From contig OY761611.1 of the NCBI GenBank assembly GCA_963664875.1, positions 2,976,001 through 3,040,000 of the forward strand: 64,000 nucleotides of DNA, in the 5' to 3' direction. This DNA is from Candidatus Kapaibacterium sp. (GTDB lineage: Bacteria > Bacteroidota > Ignavibacteria > Kapaibacteriales > UBA2268). Made by a program: the position numbers and the translations under genes. The notes under the pieces were generated by a model. The model was given only the letters and a program-made list of their open reading frames with translations, was not told the origin of the DNA and did not search any database. Shown here piece after piece: positions 30,517-39,200 of this stretch (within the stretch, counting starts at the first letter, position 1; the number at the start of each line of letters is the position of its first letter).

Positions 30517-31470
30517 CTAAATCATTTCGTCGATTAGTTTTTTGCCGAGAGAAATAGCTCCGTCAAGAGCAGTTCCTTTTGGCTCTACAATTTTAAGTTG
30601 CTCATACTTAGCAAGCTCTTCTCTTAACAATCTTGCAAGAAGAGTGTCCGCATCAATTATACCGCCCATAAGAGCAACAGGTACAGTTTTACCATTATAT
30701 TGCTTTGCTAAAGTGAGTGGCAATTCGGACAAGTGCTTAGCAGATCTTTCGATTATTTTCAAACATACTTCGTCGCCGTCAACTGCACATTGCATTACGT
30801 GAGGGGTAAGCATGTGATATTCGAATGCTCTCTCTGCATAAGCTTTAACTATAGTGCGAGGATTATCTATGTCGATAGTAGGATAAAGATTGCCGATTAC
30901 TTCTGTCATTTTTGTAGGCATACCTCTGCCGTCAAGTGCTCTAACAGCTGCAGTAAGACCTTCACGACCAATCCATGCTCCGCTGCCTTCGTCATCTAAT
31001 TCGATGCCCCAGCCACCAACACGAATAAATTTGCCTTTGCCTTGCTTGCCGAGACCAATCGAGCCGGTACCAACGATGGTAATCACACCGTTGCCACCAT
31101 CAAAAGCACCTTCCACCGCAAGTTCTGCATCAGAAGTTACAATCAAATCGTTAAAACTTAAATTTTGACCGCGAGCAAGTGTGCGGAGCAAATGTTGAGA
31201 TCTTTTCTTTTCTTCATCAAGCCAAACGCCTGCAAGCCCAACGACAACGGCATCTAATTCGGATGTTTCTATCTCTGCCTGATGGCATAATTCCATAATA
31301 ACATTGAGAGTTCTTTCGCAAGATTCGCCTACGCCTACGGCGCCGATACGAGTTGTGCCTGCTTTTGCAGTAGCAATTACTTTACCTTCTCTATATAGGA
31401 CACCGCGAGTATGAGTGCCACCGCCATCAATACCAATTATAGTATAATCATTGCTTGAGTTCGCCATCAA
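30517..31470 (-). CDS. BadF/BadG/BcrA/BcrD family kinase (GlcNAc/MurNAc kinase-like)
   Basis: GIDGGGTHT, IVGTGS, RVGGWGIELDDEGSGAWIG. Confidence 0.87.
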   Translation of the reverse strand: MMANSSNDYTIIGIDGGGTHTRGVLYREGKVIATAKAGTTRIGAVGVGESCERTLNVIMELCHQAEIETSELDAVVVGLAGVWLDEEKKRSQHLLRTLARGQNLSFNDLIVTSDAELAVEGAFDGGNGVITIVGTGSIGLGKQGKGKFIRVGGWGIELDDEGSGAWIGREGLTAAVRALDGRGMPTKMTEVIGNLYPTIDIDNPRTIVKAYAERAFEYHMLTPHVMQCAVDGDEVCLKIIERSAKHLSELPLTLAKQYNGKTVPVALMGGIIDADTLLARLLREELAKYEQLKIVEPKGTALDGAISLGKKLIDEMI

Positions 31471-31520
31471 AATAATCCAATAAGATTTTTAGAAATCAAT
31501 TTTATAACTGCAGAGATTAT

Positions 31521-31536
31521 TACAATTACTGTGCCA
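31521..31536 (-). promoter_or_regulatory. sigma54-type box
   Basis: Minus strand TGGCAC-AGTAA-TTGTA about 50 nt upstream of the kinase gene; IHF-like ATTCAATGAGTTG near 31650. Confidence 0.6.
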
Positions 31537-31686
31537 GTAATCAAAAAATCGTAGGTCTGCAAATCGAGGGAAGCTTGCAAAAAAATGCTGCTGAATTTAA
31601 TCGTTTTACAAATTAAAGCAGTTACACGGCACTTGCAATTATTTGTTATTCAATGAGTTGTAAGGGATAGGCGAGTGGTAAGCGAA

Positions 31687-31713
31687 GCCCCGCACTTTTA
31701 ACTTTTGCGGGGC
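31687..31713 (-). terminator. Probable terminator hairpin
   Basis: GCCCCGCA...TGCGGGGC just past the stop of 31726..33264. Confidence 0.55.
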
Positions 31714-31725
31714 ATAAAAGATTTT

Positions 31726-33264
31726 CTATTTGACTTCAATTTCTAAAGTAATTTTGCCGTAAGCTTCGCTTGTATCATTGCCCGGAGGCATAAGGTAGTA
31801 TTCTATAATATTTTTTCCCGGTTTTAGGTATTCACCAGGGATGTTATCTGAAAACGGTGATGATATGCCTTCGGAGTTTACGCTCATGCCTACATTCTGA
31901 CCATCCTGCATTGTAAGTATCCAAGCTCCAAATGCCGAAGCGAGTTTTTCATTGAAAGAAATACTTACTGGCACGCTTTCCGATGCAGCTATGCTTAACT
32001 TGGTAGCAGTAGGAGTGTGGAGTTTGAAAGCAAAATCTGCTTTGAAGCCCGGGGCTTTTGTAGTCAGTTTGAAAAGATTTTTGTCGGAATATTCGTTGTA
32101 ATCCAGAGCTACAATATTAGCTTTCGCATCTGTCAGCACCAAATAGCCTCTCTTTTCACCGAAGCTTTCTTCTCTGATGAAGACAATAGTATTATCTTTT
32201 TTGATGATTTCTTTTTGTGATTCATCACCAACCGGGCTAAATAAATCGATCATAGCTTCAAAATCTTTAGTTGCGGCATCTGTTTTGAGGTTGAAGCTCT
32301 TGTTTATGTTTGCAAGGAAAATATCTGACTGTAAAAGACGATATAAGTCACTTGCATGGAAGTATTTCTTATCTTTTGCAATTACAAGAGTCATTTCAGT
32401 GCTTTCTATTATAGTTTCATCTGATGAGTCCATAATAACTAAAGTGGCTTTGAATATTTGCGCAGAACATACTTTCGAGATAATTGGGCTGTTAATTGCT
32501 TCAGTCTCGAATCTATGTTTATAATTTTGTTCTGTCATCGCTTGTATAGTTTTGCTGTCTTTTGCATTTAATTTGACAGAAGGCGGGCCAAATTCGTAGC
32601 TATCTTCGCTCTTTTCTTTATCTGATTTTTCCAAACTACCCATAAAGATGTCAAGAAGTAATTTTGTAGCTTCTTCGGAGTTTAGCTTGACTGTTTCGTT
32701 GCTGCCTTTTAACTCCGGTATTTCTTTATCCATTTTGCTACTGTAATCAATTTTAAGAACTTGACCATTTTTATCGCAACTTACTATGTATCCTTGTTTG
32801 TCACCGAACCAGTTCTTTCTTACAAAATACCAAGTGTCCGACTCAGAGTAAAAGCCGGCAGGAGAATAATTTTTGTCAAAAGAAGAAAGCATCGTTTGGA
32901 AAGTTAGAGCGTCATCGTCGGTTTTTAAAGTGAAATCTTTGCGAATAGATCCGATGAATTCCTGAGTTAGAGGAATTTGCTCGGGTATGGTATTAAGTTG
33001 TATAAACTTGTCGCCCTGTTTCATAAACAGAAAATATTTGGGGAATCCTCCATATTCGAGATTAGAGAGATTGTAATTGATACTGCTTTCCACAAAAATT
33101 CCTGAAGATACCTTTGCAAGGGTTGCATCGGCTATAACTGTTTCGGAATATTGCCGAATCGATTCGAGATATTTTATAATATCCTCGTTTTTTGTCTCTG
33201 CCATTATCGAAACAGCTAAAAACATCATTAATGAAGAGAACAGAATTAAAAACCTATGCTTCAT
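31726..33264 (-). CDS. Hypothetical exported protein with an internal domain duplication
   Basis: Signal peptide from MKHRF; two copies of F.LKTD...F..M...F(V/I)R...FG.K.GY.V..D.....(I/L)DY. Confidence 0.75.
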   Translation of the reverse strand: MKHRFLILFSSLMMFLAVSIMAETKNEDIIKYLESIRQYSETVIADATLAKVSSGIFVESSINYNLSNLEYGGFPKYFLFMKQGDKFIQLNTIPEQIPLTQEFIGSIRKDFTLKTDDDALTFQTMLSSFDKNYSPAGFYSESDTWYFVRKNWFGDKQGYIVSCDKNGQVLKIDYSSKMDKEIPELKGSNETVKLNSEEATKLLLDIFMGSLEKSDKEKSEDSYEFGPPSVKLNAKDSKTIQAMTEQNYKHRFETEAINSPIISKVCSAQIFKATLVIMDSSDETIIESTEMTLVIAKDKKYFHASDLYRLLQSDIFLANINKSFNLKTDAATKDFEAMIDLFSPVGDESQKEIIKKDNTIVFIREESFGEKRGYLVLTDAKANIVALDYNEYSDKNLFKLTTKAPGFKADFAFKLHTPTATKLSIAASESVPVSISFNEKLASAFGAWILTMQDGQNVGMSVNSEGISSPFSDNIPGEYLKPGKNIIEYYLMPPGNDTSEAYGKITLEIEVK

Positions 33265-33435
33265 AGCAAACCATATATTGTTGATAGAAATATAAAATTC
33301 CATTTTGAGGGATACATTTTCTAAAATCGTAACCAACCGCTTAAACAATATAATAATATTTGATTATAAGATGATGATGATTTGTAATTGTTTTTGGTTA
33401 AATTCTTTGGCTTGCGGAAATAAGCGGAATAAGCA

Positions 33436-33467
33436 AAAAAAAAGAGGCAGTTTTTACTTTGCCTCTT
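33436..33467 (-). terminator. Intrinsic terminator
   Basis: AAGAGGCA/TGCCTCTT stem with a long T-run on the minus strand. Confidence 0.7.
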
Positions 33468-33477
33468 GCTGTCTATT

Positions 33478-33771
33478 TTAATAGCTTACTTCAAATTCAA
33501 AATCTTTTTCCTGCAAAGATTGTTCTGCCTCACTCTCGATGTAATCTCTTACTGCAGGTTTGATAAATATATTGTTGATTTCTAAGGCAGCTAAACCTTT
33601 GGCAATAACTGAAACTGCCCCTTCTACAGGAGTAGTTTTGTTAATCACAATCACCGGAGCGTCATTCACCATGCAGAGACCGCTGCGAAATTTGCCGTCT
33701 CCTTTTCTGATTTTAACTCCTAAATCTTTAGCAATCTCTGTAAGTTCTTTATATAGCTCTTTAGGCTTCAT
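33478..33771 (-). CDS. Small conserved-looking hypothetical protein
   Basis: 97-aa ORF overlapping the upstream stop; LGVKIRKGDGKFRSGLC...IFIKPAVRDYIE. Confidence 0.7.
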   Translation of the reverse strand: MKPKELYKELTEIAKDLGVKIRKGDGKFRSGLCMVNDAPVIVINKTTPVEGAVSVIAKGLAALEINNIFIKPAVRDYIESEAEQSLQEKDFEFEVSY

Positions 33772-34330
33772 CGCTGTAATTCTCCGATTTGTTGGAAAAT
33801 CTTTGGAGAGGCTTGTGTATTAGGCATATCGCTGCCGAAATGTTCGACAAAAACGAGAGAACCGTAAATACTTTAAGCCCGTTATCCTGAAAACGAATTA
33901 AAAAGTAATCTTTTATTTGAGTTGCATATATATCTTGAATATAATTGTCTTTGAAATCATTGATCAAACGCCAGTCTAAGTAATGATTATAAAGTTCGCC
34001 TGGTAAACCGAGTAGTAAGAAAAGAGAAGCCATCATCAGCCAGCCGTGGGTTTTGATTTTGCCACGATTGAAAAACAGAAGTAAGACTAAGCCTATAAAA
34101 AACAATCCATAGCCCAAATCAGGATAAAAAAACATCTCTGCGAACTGCCTCACTGCAAAATACAAATTTTCCGGTGAGATTGATTGATTGAGCGGCATAC
34201 CGTCTTCTAAAAGCAATAAATTATAAGCAAAATTTGAGCGTAGTATATTTGCTCCAAACCAAATAGAAAAGCCCATTAGGCTAATCAGTAATGACCATTT
34301 GCTCTTTTTGTCCAAATTCATGTTGTTCAC
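33761..34330 (-). CDS. Hypothetical 4-TM membrane protein
   Basis: Four hydrophobic segments; IWFG, HGWL, HKPL. Confidence 0.7.
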   Translation of the reverse strand: MNNMNLDKKSKWSLLISLMGFSIWFGANILRSNFAYNLLLLEDGMPLNQSISPENLYFAVRQFAEMFFYPDLGYGLFFIGLVLLLFFNRGKIKTHGWLMMASLFLLLGLPGELYNHYLDWRLINDFKDNYIQDIYATQIKDYFLIRFQDNGLKVFTVLSFLSNISAAICLIHKPLQRFSNKSENYSDEA

Positions 34331-34585
34331 TGCCTGAGCTGTTTATATATATAAGTATATTTGAAACCAACTTCTCAAAAATACAAAAGAATTATTTACA
34401 AAGCATATAAAGTATTCCACATATACCACCACTGCCAATCTATCTATCGGAGAAGCCTTAAAATGTGGCAAAACAAAGTCGAAATAAGATTTTTAATTCA
34501 TCTACTACCTATCACTTGACCAATAAGGAAAATTTTATGCTTGTGCAATACTTGTAACTACTTATTATTTAATGTAGTTAGAATT

Positions 34586-34624
34586 CCCCTCTTGAGGGGT
34601 GGCATGCGTAGCATGGCGGGGTGG
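34586..34624. repeat. GC-rich double-hairpin REP-like element
   Basis: CCCCTC-TT-GAGGGG then CATGC-GTA-GCATG, GGCGGGGTGG in an AT-rich divergent intergenic region. Confidence 0.45.
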
Positions 34625-34780
34625 AAAAATACCACTATAACTAATAATTACCCAAGCATTGGATTTCAATGGTAAACTCTATTGCACTATTACCATATAT
34701 CTAAAAAAGCGAAATCAACTTTTCGGAAATTGTCTTAGTATTTGTTATCTTTGCCATTATTTTTATTTAGGTGTAAAATT

Positions 34781-35557
34781 TTGAATAAGTTGCCTTTGAG
34801 TGTTTCGATTATTTCATTCAATGAAGAAAAAAATATCGCACGCACACTCGATTCCGTAATTGATATCGCTTCGGAAATCATTATCGTCGATAGTCATTCG
34901 ACCGATAATACAAAAGCTATTGCCGAAGGCTATGGTGCAAAAGTTTTTGTGGAAGATTGGAAGGGGCATGTAGCTCAAAAAAATTCTGCTCTGGATAAAT
35001 GCTCCCAACCTTGGATTCTTATGCTCGATTGCGACGAAGTGCTAAGCGACGAGCTTCGCAATTCTATTATAAAGGCTATTGATAGCTCTGAGGCTCAGGC
35101 TTATTCTGTAAACCGTAAAACACATTACCTCGGCAAACTGCTGCACTATGCCTGGCAGCCGGATTGGAATCTCCGACTTGTACGAAGAGAGACTAAACCC
35201 TACTGGCAGGGATTAAATCCGCACGATGAGCTAAAATGCACAGCCGAGCCAAAACCACTCCAAGGCGAATTGGTTCATTACTCCTATAAAGACGTTCGTA
35301 ATCATTTCGATAAAACATTGGATTATGCACAAATTTCTGCAAAGTCCTACAAAGAGCGTGGCAGAAAGTTCTCTATGCTCAATCTTTTGCTCAATCCGGT
35401 TGTGGCTTTTGTGAGACTTTACATCATTCGTAAAGGCTTTTTAGACGGCAAGCACGGATTGATAGCCGGATTTTCTACATTTGTTTATACATTTCTGAAA
35501 TATATCTTTTTTTGGGAGCTTGAGCTACAGGAAAAGAGAGAAAAGAAACTCAAATAA
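34781..35557 (+). CDS. Glycosyltransferase family 2 (WaaE/KdtX/LgtF-like, LPS core)
   Basis: IISFNEEKNI, VDSHSTDNT, LDCDEVL, PDWNLRL, HYSY, GFLDGKHG; TTG start. Confidence 0.88.
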   Translation: MNKLPLSVSIISFNEEKNIARTLDSVIDIASEIIIVDSHSTDNTKAIAEGYGAKVFVEDWKGHVAQKNSALDKCSQPWILMLDCDEVLSDELRNSIIKAIDSSEAQAYSVNRKTHYLGKLLHYAWQPDWNLRLVRRETKPYWQGLNPHDELKCTAEPKPLQGELVHYSYKDVRNHFDKTLDYAQISAKSYKERGRKFSMLNLLLNPVVAFVRLYIIRKGFLDGKHGLIAGFSTFVYTFLKYIFFWELELQEKREKKLK

Positions 35558-35833
35558 TAGCCCCTCAACCTGACAGAAACCGCTCCGACCGGCAATAATG
35601 CCTGCGATTTCGCCACAAATGCCATTGGCGGCATTAGTATATATCTATATAGAGACATATATATAATAATCGCCACTGCGGAAAACACGTAATTTTCAAA
35701 AACAGAAAAAATAGCAAAAAATACTTACGCGAAGAGCGGTACTAATAAGTCCTTATAAAATAAGGTAAAGGTATAATTTAATCAGCCGATAAATATATAT
35801 AGTTATAGCATATCAATCGGCGGAGAAGAAAAT

Positions 35834-35849
35834 TGGCACTTGAATTGTC
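35834..35849 (+). promoter_or_regulatory. sigma54-type box upstream of the giant surface-protein operon
   Basis: TGGCAC-TTGAA-TTGTC; GCCGAT...ATCGGC inverted repeat just upstream (35785-35821). Confidence 0.5.
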
Positions 35850-36292
35850 AATAGTGTAAATAGGTAAAAAAATACAGGAAAACTATGTATATATGGCTAT
35901 TATTATACATAGCAGTGCCGATTATAGGCTTGCTTGACAATATTCAATCAAATAAATATTGTTAAGCACTAAAGAATTTTACACAAATGCTAAAGTTTGT
36001 GAAGATTTATCCGATAACAGTGGATAAGTGCATAGGTACATAAAAATAGAATATTATTATACGCCAAGATAATAAGTCCAAAAAACAAAAGAAACCCACA
36101 GGAAGTGGTTTAAATGTCTAACTAATTATGGAGGATTCTATGCAAGAGTCAATTCTGCCTGCGAACAAATCACCCGGCTGATAGCAAATCAGCCTCGGAA
36201 AGATGATTAGGCACGCTAAGCGAAGGCAATAAAAAAGCTAAGCGCACGAAAACGACAAAAAATTATATTTTTTAATAAAGGGATATACTGTC

Positions 36293-39200
36293 ATGAAAAA
36301 GAATTTCAAACTTTTCAAAATAGGAATTTTCCTTGCTTTAATACTCGGCTTTGCGTTAGGGCAGGACGCATACGGGGAAACATTTACGTCAGTTCAAACT
36401 GGACCTTGGAATGATCCAGCGACATGGGGAGGAGCTCCTGTAGGAACTGATGTGGATGGTATTCCAGATGCAGATGACATAGTTAATATTGATGCTAACC
36501 ATACAGTTACTTTGACAGCTGATGCGATATGTCAATCTCTGGTATTCGCGGATCCAAATGCTGGTGGTAGTAATAGCCTTACAGCAAATACTACTGTGAA
36601 CTTAGTGGTTTTAGGTAATATTGACTTAGGAACGAATGGTGGTGGTAATACAGCAAGTATTACAAATGGTACAGGTGCTGTTAATTTGGTAATTGGTGAT
36701 ACTACAAATGCTTCATCTAGTACAGTTAGTGTGATTGATATAGAAAGTACTCATAGCATTACAGTAAATAATGTAACATTATATAATGCTGCGGTTACTT
36801 ATGATGTTGATGTTGCTGCTTCAGCAATTACTATTTTAGGGAATCTTGATTTACAAGGTACAAGTACATTAACACCAGGTGGAACAGCTGCAGTTACTAT
36901 TACCTTTGATGGCACAGGTAGCTCGGCAGCAAGTATAACTGTATCAGATGATTCTTACTTAGATTTTGAATCATTTGCAACAGCTAATAGTGCGGCAATT
37001 ACAACAACTGATGATATTACTTTTTCTGGTGATATTGATATTGCTTCCGGATCGTTTAATCAAACGGCTGGGACAAGCTATTTAGTTGGTAGTGCTGCAG
37101 CAGACCCAGAGATTACTGGCGGTTCAATAAGTTTTTATAACTTGAATGTAAATACAACTGCTGAGGCTGTGACATGTGATGCAACTGCATTGGTTGTTAA
37201 AGGTGATTTAACTAAAGTTGGTGCAAATGCCATGACACTTGCAGATGCTATTACCTTTACTAATACAAGTGCTAAAGAAATTGTAGCAAGTGGCGCAGGT
37301 GCTTTAGCTTTTGAGAATATTAATATATCTTCCAATTCAAGAATAACTACTAATAGTAGCTTCCGAATTGGAGATGGTACTAGTGGATCTACGTTTACAA
37401 TTGGAAATGGTGGTTCATTTAATGCTGCAACCGGAACTATCACTTTAGATGGGACAGGTGGTAATGTTGTTTTAGTTAATAGTGGAGGTCAAGATACATG
37501 TTTGACTTTTGCTAACATAACGTTCGTAACTGCAACAACAACTACTACTGCGACAGATCTAGTAATTACAGGATCTTTTGATGATGGTGGTGCAACATTT
37601 ACAGCGACTGCAGGCAAAGTAGTTTTTGATAATGCTGTAAGTAAATCAATAACTTCAACAGGAACAACAACTTTTTGTGTCTTGGAAGTGGCTGATGGCT
37701 CAAAAGTCACTTGTGCTTCGCCTATCGTGATAGCTGATGCTGGTGCTGATCAAGCTTCAGGTATAACAGTAGGTACTGATGGATCTTTAGTCTTTAGTAC
37801 TCCAAGTGTTGTAACCCTTAGCGATACAGATTCTGCTACTGATATGCTTATAAATAATGATGGCACGTTGACATTTTTTGGTTTAACAATTGCAGATAAT
37901 GTCGCTAATGATATAGTTACAACAGATGATTTCAATGTAACAGATACTTGGACTTTTGCTGGTGATGGTACTTTTGCAGCTAGCGGAACTAGTAATATCT
38001 CATTTACTGGAACAGGTGCTCAAAATATTACGGGAGCTGATGCACCATCTCAATTGATTTTAAATGATATGACAATTGAAACAGGTGCTTTGGTTACTTT
38101 AGCTGCTACCAATTTTTTGGAACTTACAGGTGATTTAACAATCAATGGAACTGGTACATTTACTCATGCAACAAATGTTGCAGGTACTGTGGAGTTTAAT
38201 GGTACCAGTCAACAAAAAATTAAAGGTTCAAGTGCTTCAGCTGTCGCAATGTCACAGTTAGTAGTTGATAAACTCAATGCTCCAAATGGTACTATTGGAA
38301 CTGAAGATGAAGTATTGATGGAATTGGATGTAACGGTACCGGCTGCTACTGGTGCTGTAACTATTACAAATGGTCGTTTAAATTTAGGGAGCAAAACATT
38401 AACTACAGGTGTTGCTCCGACCACTCCTGCAGGTTATATTGATGGTAACCTAGGTACTTTTGCTTCAAGTACTGCAGCAATAACAATTGATAATACGTTA
38501 TTTAGTGCTGATAATTCGTCAACTTCTGGTACACTTTATAATTTAGAAGTTGGAACTGGTGCAGTTGTTACTATTACAGCTACAAGCAAGTTGACAGTTA
38601 ATAAAGATTTGACACTTGACGATAACTTGACATTTACAAATTCAACCTTGCATTTGTTTGGTGAAGTAACTCTTGTTACTGGAGATGAAGAATTGGTATA
38701 TACTTCAGGTACTGCAGCTACTTCTTTAGTTATCTTTGATGGTACTAGAACGGTTCCGGTTCTTCAGAATTCGTTATTTAATGATGGTGCTGATAACGAA
38801 GTATCTTCAATTGAAATAAGAGCAAATGAAATACTTGCTGGCGACGTATCTATGGAAAAAGATGGGAATGGCGCTGTTCTTACAATGAATTCTAGTATCA
38901 ATAATCTCAATTTAGCTGGTAATACTTTAACTTTGGTTGCAGATGGATCTGTAAATATCGTGTCTGGTCAAATGTTAGCAAATGCTACAAGTTCTGCAGT
39001 TGATTTTGGTACAATTACACAAATCCCTGCGAACATGTTTGTTGATGATGAAATAGAAGATATTACAATAGCTGCAGATATTACTTTATTAGGCAATTTA
39101 ACTATAAACGGATTGTTAACTACCGCTCCGAATAGTATCTATACTGGTGATAATATATTAACATTTGGACCGGACTATACTCAAAGTAATCCATTTACTA

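Noticed and set aside
680-34480. Other intergenic TGGCA hits (near 690, 17751, 20561, 22581, 22635, 27543, 28975, 34435, 34465)
   Set aside because: No -12-like element at the required spacing, or orientation away from any gene
35635-35670. TA-rich run as a phase-variable microsatellite
   Set aside because: Imperfect and short, expected in AT-rich intergenic DNA
36179-36184. Selenocysteine read-through of the uORF TGA next to a hairpin
   Set aside because: TGA is immediately followed by TAG
36176-36250. c-di-GMP-I (GEMM) riboswitch resemblance (AGCAAA...GGAAAG...GCACGCTAAGC)
   Set aside because: P2 and P3 do not pair as required and the GACGCAAA consensus is poorly matched; kept only as a generic structured leader
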